A DNA stretch of 64,000 nt from Clostridia bacterium (GTDB lineage: Bacteria > Bacillota > Clostridia > Oscillospirales > CAG-272), in assembly GCA_017482055.1 (NCBI GenBank), contig JAFUOH010000017.1:12067-76066 (forward strand), given 5' to 3'. Below the pieces are notes generated by a model. The model had not been told where the DNA came from, ran no database searches, and was given only the letters and a program-made list of their open reading frames with translations. Positions within the stretch are counted from its first letter, which is position 1. Every line of letters begins with the position of its first letter. The position numbers and the translations under genes were made by a program. Shown here piece after piece: positions 39,589-49,331 of this stretch.

Positions 39589-39625
39589 AGAAAATGCTCC
39601 TTTCGTTTGTCGGAAGGAGCATTCA

Positions 39626-39908
39626 AAAATAAAACGCCCTTCCGCAGTTTTACTGCAGAGGACGAGATCTCCCGTGTTACCACCTCTGTTCGTCCCTGCC
39701 TCACAGCAGGAACCTTTGCAAGTACAGGCATTGCCGATACTTGCCGCATATAACGGTGCACACCGTCGCCGCCTACTGTTTTTTCGGGGCGCAGCTCTCG
39801 GAAAGTAATATTCGATATCCGTCAGACCGCGCCTCTCAGCATCCGGCAGCTCTCTGTGGTCTCGTAATACCGTCACGGCAGAGCCGTTTCCCGGTCACAG
39901 CTTTTGCA
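39626..39908 (-). promoter_or_regulatory. T-box riboswitch (transcriptional); candidate specifier Tyr
   Basis: Minus strand: stem I base GCUGUGACCGGGAAA/UUUCCGAGAGC, AGAGAG and GCUGAGA boxes, T-box AACAGAGGUGGUAACACGG, terminator CGUCCUCUGCAGU-AAA-ACUGCGGAAGGGCG-UUUUAUUUUU. Confidence 0.88.
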
Positions 39909-39934
39909 TAACGCATAATTCAACACGTTAATTG

Positions 39935-39963
39935 ATTATACCACGGATTTTCTCGTTTGTCAA
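39935..39963 (-). promoter_or_regulatory. Consensus sigma-A promoter for the T-box/symporter transcript
   Basis: TTGACA-N17-TATAAT with a TG extension. Confidence 0.88.
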
Positions 39964-40159
39964 TAGCTGTCGAAAATTTTCTGAAAGCGCACAGCCTTGA
40001 TATACACATAAGTTGATAGCAGCTATTTGCACAAAATACGCATACTTTTTTCGTTCAAACGTCCCAAAAGCAACAATCAATTGTATATTTCATATTGACA
40101 TATGCATTTTGATTTGATATAATATGACGTGAAAATTATTTATTTGGGAGGATCACCCT

Positions 40160-42160
40160 ATGGCATACCCCAAACTCAAGCGTATACTGTCCGTAACGCT
40201 GTCCATTTTGATGCTGCTGCCCATACTTATTATAGCACCGACAAATACTGTCAGCGCAGCCCCATCAGCGATCGCCGCTTCGATGTCGAGCCTTGCGGAA
40301 GCATCCAAAATCTTAACTGTTTATAATACAGCCTATGTTACCGGCGGCTTGGAGCACAGCTTTGGAGAAAACGTCGGCGTTTATGCCTTCGACGAAAAGG
40401 AAGGTGCGCTTTCACTCAAAAAAGCATCCTCCGATTACATGGGCGGCTATTACCGTTTTCACATAATGTCGAAAAACGCCCCCATCACAAATCAAACGTG
40501 GATGGTAGTAAGCTATAAGACCAACGCCACCGAAAAGGCGACTATGACCTTTAAAAGCAATGGTAAAGACACCGCGGTGGTGACGCTTGCCTCCGATATT
40601 TCGGTCTCGAACGGCAAATATGTGCGCACAACGCCTGTAAATCTTAACGGTAAAGGCGTCAGCGACCTCTTTACCCGATTGAAAAACGGCACGCACAGCG
40701 CGCTTGCCGTTACACTCTCCGAGGATACCCCGGACAGCGTTTATTTTTATATTAATGAGATCTGCTTCTTCGGATCAAAGGCAGCCGCCGAGGACTATGT
40801 AAAGAGCGGCAAGCTTCCCGATGACACTAATGAATTTGACAGCACTCATAGACCGGGCAAGTACACCGAAGGGTTATATAATGATGGCAATGTTACCATC
40901 GGTACAAGCGTTTATCTGCCCGAGGATTACTCTCCCGAAAAAGAATATTCGCTGATTATAACCTTCCACGACCAGGGCGGCGGCGTCAATAAGACCGTTG
41001 CCAACAATGCAAAAGAGCTTTACGGCGATAATTACATCGTATTCGCTCCCATCTGCCCCACAGGCTCCAAATGGACAGTAGACAAGCTTAAAAACGGAAC
41101 GTATGTCTACGACAGCAACGATCCCTCAAAGGTAATGACGGCTACCATAAGCTATGTTAAGGATGTGCTGCTTGAGACCTATAATATTGACAGATCGCGT
41201 ATCTACGCGGTGGGTCAATCCCTCGGCGGAGGCGGCGTTTGGGATTTCATTACACGAGCCCCCGAGCTTGTCGCCGCGGCATTTCCCGTAGCAGGCTATT
41301 GTGATCCATCCCAGGCGGTAAACATTTCCGATGATGTGGCTATATGGCTTGTTCATTCGAAGCAGGACAAATCCATAAGCGTTTCCGCCGCCCACGCCAT
41401 GGCAGCGACACTCATGAACCTTGGAAAGACCAACTTCAATTACACCGAGTACGATCTCTCCGATCCCGCACAGAAGGAGCTTTTCGAGGAATCCTGGGAA
41501 AGAAGCGCGAACTGGGAGCATTGGGCATGGGTTCCCGCCTTCAAGGATACGGAGATGCTCGACTGGCTGTTCTCCACGGAAAAACCATCAAAAACAATAA
41601 ACAGGATCTCCAGATTCACCGACGTCAAGTCCTCGGATACTTACTACAAGGCGGTCAACTATGTGGCAGACGCGGGACTGTTCAAGGGCATTACAGACAC
41701 CACCTTTGAGCCCGAGACCGCCATGACCCGCGCAATGTTCGTGACCGTCCTCGGCAGACTTTCGGGCGTTGACGTCAGCAAGTACACTACCGTATCCTTT
41801 AAAGATGTGGTGGAAGGCTCATGGTACGCGCCCTACGTTGAATGGGCGGCTGCAAACGGCATCGTCAGCGGTATCGGCGACGGTAAATACGGCGTAAATG
41901 ACATCATCACAATAGAGCAGGCATGCACCATCCTGGCAAGATACGCCGAGAACAAAGCAGCGCCCCATAACACCGGACTCACCTTCTCCGCCTACAGCGA
42001 TGCTCACACTGTAAGCGACTGGGCAAAGGACGGCATGCAGTGGGCAATGTCCAACAGCATCTATATGGGTCAAGGCTCGGAGCTGACCCCCCAAAGTGAC
42101 GCCTCCCGCGGACTCATCGCCACCATATTCTATTGCTATTCTCTGATTTTCGGAAAATAA
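40160..42160 (+). CDS. Secreted SLH-anchored alpha/beta-hydrolase (esterase/peptidase-like) with an uncharacterised N-terminal domain
   Basis: Signal peptide; YLPEDY, IDRSRIYAVGQSLGG (GxSxG), HSKQD, EHWAW; three SLH repeats (FEPETAMTRAMF). Confidence 0.82.
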   Translation: MAYPKLKRILSVTLSILMLLPILIIAPTNTVSAAPSAIAASMSSLAEASKILTVYNTAYVTGGLEHSFGENVGVYAFDEKEGALSLKKASSDYMGGYYRFHIMSKNAPITNQTWMVVSYKTNATEKATMTFKSNGKDTAVVTLASDISVSNGKYVRTTPVNLNGKGVSDLFTRLKNGTHSALAVTLSEDTPDSVYFYINEICFFGSKAAAEDYVKSGKLPDDTNEFDSTHRPGKYTEGLYNDGNVTIGTSVYLPEDYSPEKEYSLIITFHDQGGGVNKTVANNAKELYGDNYIVFAPICPTGSKWTVDKLKNGTYVYDSNDPSKVMTATISYVKDVLLETYNIDRSRIYAVGQSLGGGGVWDFITRAPELVAAAFPVAGYCDPSQAVNISDDVAIWLVHSKQDKSISVSAAHAMAATLMNLGKTNFNYTEYDLSDPAQKELFEESWERSANWEHWAWVPAFKDTEMLDWLFSTEKPSKTINRISRFTDVKSSDTYYKAVNYVADAGLFKGITDTTFEPETAMTRAMFVTVLGRLSGVDVSKYTTVSFKDVVEGSWYAPYVEWAAANGIVSGIGDGKYGVNDIITIEQACTILARYAENKAAPHNTGLTFSAYSDAHTVSDWAKDGMQWAMSNSIYMGQGSELTPQSDASRGLIATIFYCYSLIFGK

Positions 42161-42171
42161 TCCCGCAATAT

Positions 42172-42198
42172 AAAACGGCTGCCGTCGGCAGCCGTTTT
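42172..42198. terminator. Bidirectional terminator
   Basis: AAAACGGCTGCC-GTC-GGCAGCCGTTTT. Confidence 0.85.
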
Positions 42199-42223
42199 TG
42201 TGTATGTTTTAAGCCGGAATTTC

Positions 42224-42796
42224 TTATTCCTCCGGTTTTGTTTCCAGCGCGATCTCATAGTCGCCGAGATGCTTTACCTTAAAGCCGTTCGCCTTGTATT
42301 CCTCATAGTCGAAGGCTTCAAGCTCGTCGATAGCAAGCTTGTGGAACTCGTAGAAGTTGTGCCACCACTCGTAGCCGCTGCCGAGCTCTGCGTTAAGATA
42401 CGCGTCGGCAATGTCGCAGCCCATCTTGGGCGCTACATAGAACGCACCCATAGCAAGCACATTTACGCCGTTGCCGGTGATAGCGCGAAGTGCTGCGGGA
42501 ACACTCTCGACAACGCCTGCATGAACGTGGGGACACTTGGATGCTGCGATATGTATACCCATACCGGTGCCGCAGAACAGGAGCGCACGCTCAAATTCGC
42601 CCTCGGAGATCATCGAGCCGACTCTGAGTCCCACGCGGTGGAACATAAGATCGGTATCGTTGTCCTCGGGGGAACGCACACCAACATCGGTGACCTCCCA
42701 ACCCTTTGCCTTTAAGTGCTCAACTACCGCTTCTTTAAGCGGGAAGCCCGCGAAGTCCGCACCGACCAAAATTTGCTTGTTTTTTACGGTTTTCAT
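42224..42796 (-). CDS. RpiB/LacAB-family sugar isomerase (atypical)
   Basis: GADFAGFPLK, FCGTGMG, ASKCP, VNVLAMG. Confidence 0.82.
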   Translation of the reverse strand: MKTVKNKQILVGADFAGFPLKEAVVEHLKAKGWEVTDVGVRSPEDNDTDLMFHRVGLRVGSMISEGEFERALLFCGTGMGIHIAASKCPHVHAGVVESVPAALRAITGNGVNVLAMGAFYVAPKMGCDIADAYLNAELGSGYEWWHNFYEFHKLAIDELEAFDYEEYKANGFKVKHLGDYEIALETKPEE

Positions 42797-43019
42797 AGGT
42801 TATATCCTCCGTGAAATTATTATTTATTTACATTGTATCACAAAGTTACACAAAAATCAAGTACAGCGGAAAAATTCATACAAAAAAAGCCGTGCCATTT
42901 TCGTTACAGAAACTTTTTTCACATATGGCATGCATTTGTTTAAAATAATACTTGCAATGACCGGTATTTTGTGATATAATATAATGAATAATTATGTTTT
43001 CTCGAAAGGAAGAACGAAT

Positions 43020-43580
43020 ATGATCCCTCAGGTTGAACAGATCGCCGCGCGAGTGCGTGAACTGCGCGATATTCTTGACATTGACGCGAACGTGATCGCC
43101 GAAAAGATCGGCGTTTCCCGCGAGACCTACGACGAATACGAAAACGCCAAGACCGACATCCCTGTCGGCAAGCTTTATCTTATCGCTTCCGAAATGGGTG
43201 TTGATCCCACCGTGCTGCTGCTCGGTGACGAGCCGCGTATGGTTGACTATACTCTTATACGCCAGGGCAACGGACTTGAAGTGGAACGCTATGCAGGCTA
43301 CAAATTTACTTCCCTCGCATATAATTATATAGACCGCGAAATGGAGCCTATGATCGTTACCCTCGACCCTACCGACGAGCATCATGAGCCTGTGACTCAT
43401 GCAGGACAGGAATTCAACATGGTACTTGAAGGAACCGTAGCCGTCACCCTCGGCGAGCATGAATATATTCTGCGTGCGGGAGATTCCATCTACTTCAATC
43501 CCGCTATCCCACACAGTCAGCGTGCTATCGGCACAGTAGCAAAATTCCTCACCGTTATCAACGAAAATATGAAACACTGA
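43020..43580 (+). CDS. XRE-family HTH plus cupin transcriptional regulator
   Basis: IAARVRELR..IAEKIGVS..YE HTH; HAGQEF..LEG and GDSIYFN..PH cupin motifs. Confidence 0.9.
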   Translation: MIPQVEQIAARVRELRDILDIDANVIAEKIGVSRETYDEYENAKTDIPVGKLYLIASEMGVDPTVLLLGDEPRMVDYTLIRQGNGLEVERYAGYKFTSLAYNYIDREMEPMIVTLDPTDEHHEPVTHAGQEFNMVLEGTVAVTLGEHEYILRAGDSIYFNPAIPHSQRAIGTVAKFLTVINENMKH

Positions 43581-43598
43581 TTTTAAGGAAGTCGAAAA

Positions 43599-45284
43599 AT
43601 GAACTTTTTATCAAAATTTCTGCCTCGCATAGACTTTGAGTCCTACGAGGATTTTAAGGAAAATTATAAATTCAACATACCCGAAAATTTTAATTTCGGC
43701 TATGATATCATCGACGAGTATGCACGTCTTGAGCCGTCGAAGCCCGCGCTTATCTGGCTCAACGATGACGGTGACGAAAAGCATTTCACCTTCGGTGATG
43801 TCAAGGAGCAGTCTGACCGCATCGCGAATGTACTTACATCCCTCGGTATCAAAAAAGGCGACCGCGTGATGCTTATTTTAAAGCAGCGCCCCGAGGTTTG
43901 GTTTACCCTCGTGGCACTGTGCAAAATGGGTGCCACCTCCATCCCCGCATCCTTCCAGCTTACCGAAAAGGATATCATCTACCGTTGTGACGCTGCCGAG
44001 GTGCGCATGATAATCGCCGCTGAGGATGATGAGATCATAAAGCACATACGAAACTCCCGCGAAAAGTGCGGCACTCTCCGCCATGTGGGACTTGTGGGAG
44101 ACGGTATCGCAGAGCGTTACGGTGATGAATTTCTCGATATGAGAAAAATCACCGGCGAGGCATCCGACAAATGGGTACGTCCCACGGGCGCCAATGCCAC
44201 CGAAAACATGGACACCATGCTCATGTACTTCACCTCGGGTACCACGGGCATGCCCAAGATGATCACCCACAACTTCCTCTACCCCATCGGTCACATCACC
44301 ACCGCCCACTACTGGCAGAAGGTCGAGGATGAGGGCAGACATCTCACCGTTTCCGACTCCGGATGGGCAAAATTTGCTTGGGGCAAGATATACGGTCAGT
44401 GGATCTGCGGTGCAGTAAACGTTGCATACGACACCGATAAGTTCGTACCCGCAAAGCTGCTTGCGGCGATCGACCACTTAAAGCTCACAACCTTCTGTGC
44501 ACCGCCCACTATTTACCGCTTCCTTATAAAAGAAGATCTGTCGGGCTGTGACTGGTCCACACTCCACCACTGCGGCACCGCCGGTGAACCGCTTAACCCC
44601 GAGGTAGTCAAGCGATTTAAGGAAGCTACCGGACATACCATCTACGAGGGATTCGGTCAGACCGAATCCACGGTACTGCTCGCCAATTTCGGCTGGGATG
44701 AGATCAAGGTCGGCTCCACCGGCAAGCCATCGCCCATCTACGATATCGACATTGTTGACGAGAACGGAAACCACTGCGAGGACGGTATTGTTGGCTCCAT
44801 CGTCATAAAGAACGCGGGAGAGCATCCCACGGGTCTGTTTATGGAATACTATCACGCGCCCGATGCTATGGAACGCTCCTGGAAGGACGGCGTTTACAAC
44901 ACAGGTGACATGGCATGGCGCGACTCCGACGGCTACTACTGGTTCGAGGGCAGAAACGACGATGTTATCAAGTGCTCGGGCTACCGGATCGGTCCGTTTG
45001 AAGTCGAAAGCGCACTGCTCACCCATCCGTCGGTGCTGGAATGCGCGGTCACCGCAGTTCCCGACCCTGTGCGCGGTCAGGTCGTAAAGGCGACTGTCGT
45101 GCTTGCGAAGGGCTGGAAAGACAAAGCGGGTGACGATTTAAAGAAAGAGCTTCAGAATCATGTCAAGGTCACCACTGCGCCCTATAAATATCCGCGCGTT
45201 GTGGAGTTCGTTGACGAGCTTCCAAAGACCACCAGCGGCAAAATACGTCGTGTGGAAATCCGTCAAAACGACGCGAATAAGTAA
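43599..45284 (+). CDS. AMP-forming acyl-CoA synthetase (short/medium chain)
   Basis: YFTSGTTGMPK, EGFGQTE, YNTGD, GRNDDVIK, LPKTTSGKI. Confidence 0.92.
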   Translation: MNFLSKFLPRIDFESYEDFKENYKFNIPENFNFGYDIIDEYARLEPSKPALIWLNDDGDEKHFTFGDVKEQSDRIANVLTSLGIKKGDRVMLILKQRPEVWFTLVALCKMGATSIPASFQLTEKDIIYRCDAAEVRMIIAAEDDEIIKHIRNSREKCGTLRHVGLVGDGIAERYGDEFLDMRKITGEASDKWVRPTGANATENMDTMLMYFTSGTTGMPKMITHNFLYPIGHITTAHYWQKVEDEGRHLTVSDSGWAKFAWGKIYGQWICGAVNVAYDTDKFVPAKLLAAIDHLKLTTFCAPPTIYRFLIKEDLSGCDWSTLHHCGTAGEPLNPEVVKRFKEATGHTIYEGFGQTESTVLLANFGWDEIKVGSTGKPSPIYDIDIVDENGNHCEDGIVGSIVIKNAGEHPTGLFMEYYHAPDAMERSWKDGVYNTGDMAWRDSDGYYWFEGRNDDVIKCSGYRIGPFEVESALLTHPSVLECAVTAVPDPVRGQVVKATVVLAKGWKDKAGDDLKKELQNHVKVTTAPYKYPRVVEFVDELPKTTSGKIRRVEIRQNDANK

Positions 45285-45302
45285 AACCAAGAGGACAAAA
45301 CA

Positions 45303-46187
45303 ATGGAATTTGCAAAAAACGCCGCGCCGATACTGATTGTGCTCGGTCAGTCCAACGCTCACGCGCACGCCACACATCTTCCCGAGGACGAAATAATCAC
45401 AACACCGCTTAAAAACGTTCACGGGCTCACCCGAGAATACAATCAGGCATACGGGCTTGACGATGTCACATGGACAGGATTTACAACAGGTGGTATGAAT
45501 CTCGGTGAGACTCAGGATGACACATGCTGTCTTGCAAATGTGTTCGCAAAAAAATGGCAGGATGCCATTGACGACGGACATGATCTGCCCGATCTTTACG
45601 TGATACAGATATCCATAGGCGCACAGGGTATTGCACAGTTCGAAACAAACGGGTGGAACATGTGGTGCCCCTTCCGCGAGCTTAAATTAAAGCCGGGAAA
45701 GCTCGGCGAATGTGATATTTCTTTGTATCCGCTCACCACGGAGATACTTTCACTTGCGGTGATGAATCTTACGATGCAGGGTAAAAAGCCGCAGGTCATC
45801 GGACTCCATTGGAATCAGTGGGAAACCGAATGCCACACAGGCTCCAAGGCGCTCAACGAGGCAAAGGCGAACTACGAAAATCTTTTCTGGGGACTCTTTA
45901 CTGCTCTCGGAAGTGACAAGACGGGGCGCGGCATACCGTTTTATCTCTACCGTGCGCTGTCCGAAAACTATGAGCCGAGCCGCGTGGAAAGACTTAACGG
46001 TATTTTTGACGGCTTCAGAGAAAGCTTTGCCGACTGCCGTATCATCGACCTTAAAGAGACCGAGCTTTACACAGATGAGCCGAAGCTGCATGGTATCTTT
46101 TTGCCCGATGGCGTACACTATACGCCCGAAGCACATCGGGCATTTGCAGACCGTCAGTGGCAGGATGTTTTTGCAGTGAACGAATAA
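45303..46187 (+). CDS. SGNH hydrolase (sialate/carbohydrate O-acetylesterase-like)
   Basis: LGQSNA (block I), HWNQWE, DGVHY (DxxH). Confidence 0.75.
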   Translation: MEFAKNAAPILIVLGQSNAHAHATHLPEDEIITTPLKNVHGLTREYNQAYGLDDVTWTGFTTGGMNLGETQDDTCCLANVFAKKWQDAIDDGHDLPDLYVIQISIGAQGIAQFETNGWNMWCPFRELKLKPGKLGECDISLYPLTTEILSLAVMNLTMQGKKPQVIGLHWNQWETECHTGSKALNEAKANYENLFWGLFTALGSDKTGRGIPFYLYRALSENYEPSRVERLNGIFDGFRESFADCRIIDLKETELYTDEPKLHGIFLPDGVHYTPEAHRAFADRQWQDVFAVNE

Positions 46188-46269
46188 GCAAAGCCGACTG
46201 CGGCGATAATGGATTTATAAAACGATAAAAAGCAATCGAAGGGGGTCATGACCCGGAAGGTCAGCCAAT

Positions 46270-47448
46270 ATGGGAATAGATACTAAAATGACCCGTGCCT
46301 GGGCGGAGATCGATCTTGCCGCAATACGGCAGAATTTCAATGCCGCCAAAGCACACGCCGCCATGTACGGCGCACAGGTGATCGCCGTCGTGAAGGCGGA
46401 CGCATACGGTCACGGTGCAAAGAAAGTCGCCGCAGAGCTTGAAGCTCGGTGCGGCGCACAGTATTTTGCCGTCGCCACGCTTTCCGAAGCGCTGGAGCTC
46501 ATAGATTCTGGCATAAAGTCGCATATTTTGCTGCTCAGTGAGGTACATCCGTCGCTTTACGATGAGCTTGTCCGCCATGAGAGCATTATTCCGAGCGTTT
46601 TCAATATCGAAAGCGCAAAAGCACTCTCCGAAGCCGCAAAAAAGCGCAGCACTGCAGTGGGCTGCTTCCTTATTCTCGACACAGGAATGTCGCGCATCGG
46701 TATCGAGTGTACCTCACCCGAAAAAATGCGCGCGGGTGTAGATCAGGCGGAGGTGATCGCGTCACTTGATAATTTGGAGATCATGGGAATATTCAGCCAT
46801 TACGCCTGCGCGGACGAGGCAGACAAATCCTCGGCACTCCTGCAGACAGAGCGCTTTAATGAATTTATTTCTCGTCTTGCAGAGCGCGGTATCGAGCCGA
46901 CTTTCAAGAGCATGTGCAACAGCGCGGCGCTGACCGAAGCAGCGTTCACCGACAAATACGATCTTGTACGTGAGGGTATATGTCTGTACGGGCTCAATCC
47001 CTCAGATGAGACCGCGCGCGTCCTTAACCTAAAGCCTGCCATGGCACTTCGTGCACGCGTTACCGCCGTGAAAACAGTGGAAGCCGGTGTAGGCATCAGC
47101 TACGGTCACACATTCGTGACTGACCGCGAAACTCGTGTTGCCACCATCTCAGTGGGCTACGCGGACGGTTACCCTCGCCTGCTGTCAAATAAGGCGAGCG
47201 TGATCATTGATGACCGTCCCGCCCCGATACTTGGAAGAGTTTGCATGGATCAGCTCATGGTAGATGTAACAGATATCCCCTCAGCCAAAGCTGATTCCAT
47301 CGCCACCCTTCTGGGTGCCGACGAACGCGTCCGCGCCGACAAGCTCGCCGCCATGATAGGCACCATTCCCTACGAGCTCATCTGCGGCATCTCCGTCCGC
47401 ATTCCGAGAATCTACACCAACGCTTACGATAACATCAATTCGGATTAA
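46270..47448 (+). CDS. alr: Alanine racemase
   Basis: AVVKADAYGHG, DTGMSRIG, GYADG, GRVCMDQ, IPYEL. Confidence 0.95.
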   Translation: MGIDTKMTRAWAEIDLAAIRQNFNAAKAHAAMYGAQVIAVVKADAYGHGAKKVAAELEARCGAQYFAVATLSEALELIDSGIKSHILLLSEVHPSLYDELVRHESIIPSVFNIESAKALSEAAKKRSTAVGCFLILDTGMSRIGIECTSPEKMRAGVDQAEVIASLDNLEIMGIFSHYACADEADKSSALLQTERFNEFISRLAERGIEPTFKSMCNSAALTEAAFTDKYDLVREGICLYGLNPSDETARVLNLKPAMALRARVTAVKTVEAGVGISYGHTFVTDRETRVATISVGYADGYPRLLSNKASVIIDDRPAPILGRVCMDQLMVDVTDIPSAKADSIATLLGADERVRADKLAAMIGTIPYELICGISVRIPRIYTNAYDNINSD

Positions 47449-47693
47449 GCCGATTCGGGCGAGAGTGTCCGGGGAGAGGTGCAGCGGCACCTGAGTGCAG
47501 CCCCATCCCCTGACCGCAGCGCCCTTACTTCTCGGGGAATCAATCATTCTAACAAAGCAATAGATTTTTCAGAAAAATTCAAATTTTTTCTCAAAACCTA
47601 TTGCATTTTAAAAAAAAATATGTTATACTATGGTGTATGATATTTGCGGCATGGCAAAATCCATGCAAATAATGACAAATGAGGTGTAAAAAC

Positions 47694-47897
47694 ATGAAGG
47701 AAGGAATCCATCCCGAATACAAGGAAGTTACAATTAAGTGCGCTTGCGGCGAAACCGTTGTAACCCGTTCTACCAAAGGTGACATGAAGGTTGAAATTTG
47801 CTCTAAGTGCCATCCCTTCTACACCGGCAAGCAGAAGCTCGTCGATGCAGGCGGTCGTGTAGATAAGTTCAAGAAGCGTCTTGAACAGGCTAAATAA
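47694..47897 (+). CDS. rpmE: 50S ribosomal protein L31 (Zn-binding type)
   Basis: [23 protein letters not shown]. Confidence 0.96.
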   Translation: MKEGIHPEYKEVTIKCACGETVVTRSTKGDMKVEICSKCHPFYTGKQKLVDAGGRVDKFKKRLEQAK

Positions 47898-48035
47898 TTA
47901 TTTTGCCTATCGGGGGTTTGAAGCGTCTTTTTTGAGGCTTCAAACCCTTTTTCTATCTGTTTGTGGGTGTGGATTGTTAGTTTATAGAAGAACACGCCAT
48001 CCCCGCCCAAGACACAATAATGCGGAGGTACACCT

Positions 48036-49331
48036 ATGGAAGATTTTGAAAGAGCCGTGCTGGTTGCGGTGAATACAGATAAAATGAAGGATGGCGAGTG
48101 CGAGACCTCGCTTGCGGAGCTGGAACGGCTGCTCGATACCGCGGGCGGAAGCGTGTTTGCAAAGCTCGTACAGTCGCTGGATGCGCCTAACCATCGTACG
48201 TGTATCGGAAGCGGTAAGCTTGAGGAGCTTTCCGATCTGTGTAAGAATAATGGTATAAAACTGGTTATTTTCGACCTTGAGCTTTCGCCGATGCAGATAC
48301 GCAACATCGAGGACGGTATCGACTGCGATGTGCGCGTGCTCGACCGCTCCATGCTGATTCTTGATATATTCGCTCTTCATGCGTCCTCCCGCGAGGGTAA
48401 ATTGCAGGTAGAGCTGGCTCAGCTCAAATATACCGCTCCCCGACTTGCGGGTAAGGGTATCGAGCTTTCCCGACTCGGCGGCGGAATCGGTACACGCGGT
48501 CCCGGTGAGTCGAAGCTCGAAACCGACCGCCGTCACTTGAAGCGCCGCGAGGAGCAGCTGCTTGCCGAGCTTGAAGACCTGGACCGCGGTCGTGCCACAC
48601 AGAGAAAAGCCCGTGAGCGCTCGGGCATTACAAAAGTTTCTATCGTGGGTTACACAAACGCGGGCAAATCTACGCTGTTAAACCGTCTCACGGACGCGGG
48701 GATACTCGCCGAAGACAAGCTGTTTGCCACCCTCGACCCAACCACACGTAAGTTTACACTTCCCTGCGGAGTCGAGATACTGCTCACCGACACCGTCGGT
48801 TTTATCCGCAACCTTCCACACCATCTTATCAAAGCGTTCAAATCCACCCTTGATGAAGCTGTATATTCGGACATCATCCTCATCCTCATAGATGCCTCAG
48901 ATCCCGAAGCCATGAATCAGCTTGCGGTTACCGAAGGACTGCTTTCCGAGCTCGGCGCATCGGGCAAGCCTACGCTTTATGTCTACAATAAATGCGACCG
49001 CGCGGAATTGGGCTTCGGTCACCTTGCCATCGACCCAAGTAAAAATTCCGTAGCGGTGTCCGCGCTGACAGGTGAAGGACTTGATGAGCTTATTTCCAAG
49101 CTTGAAGTCATGGTGCAGGACGGTAAGAGCGACGAGACTTTCATTATTCCCAATTCCGATGCAGGAATCGTCAACCGTCTTTATGCCTCGGCTGAGATAA
49201 TTGACATCGACTACGGAAGCGAGGCGGTCACCGTACGCGCAACCGTGGACGCAAAAACCAAGGGACAGTACGACCGTTACCGCGTGAAAAAAGAGGGAGA
49301 GCAAAATGGCGAAGAAGACGAAGAATATTGA
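48036..49331 (+). CDS. hflX: Ribosome-splitting GTPase HflX
   Basis: GIGTRGPGESKLE, VGYTNAGKS, LFATLDPT, DTVGF, NKCD. Confidence 0.95.
   Translation: MEDFERAVLVAVNTDKMKDGECETSLAELERLLDTAGGSVFAKLVQSLDAPNHRTCIGSGKLEELSDLCKNNGIKLVIFDLELSPMQIRNIEDGIDCDVRVLDRSMLILDIFALHASSREGKLQVELAQLKYTAPRLAGKGIELSRLGGGIGTRGPGESKLETDRRHLKRREEQLLAELEDLDRGRATQRKARERSGITKVSIVGYTNAGKSTLLNRLTDAGILAEDKLFATLDPTTRKFTLPCGVEILLTDTVGFIRNLPHHLIKAFKSTLDEAVYSDIILILIDASDPEAMNQLAVTEGLLSELGASGKPTLYVYNKCDRAELGFGHLAIDPSKNSVAVSALTGEGLDELISKLEVMVQDGKSDETFIIPNSDAGIVNRLYASAEIIDIDYGSEAVTVRATVDAKTKGQYDRYRVKKEGEQNGEEDEEY

Noticed and set aside
39589-39876. 96-aa N-terminal extension of the symporter in the ORF track
   Set aside because: It runs through the T-box RNA; the RBS supports the start at 39588.
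47450-47545. GC-rich structured-looking stretch after alr
   Set aside because: Pairing is weak, there is no second copy in the window and no recognisable RNA family; possibly a decayed repeat.
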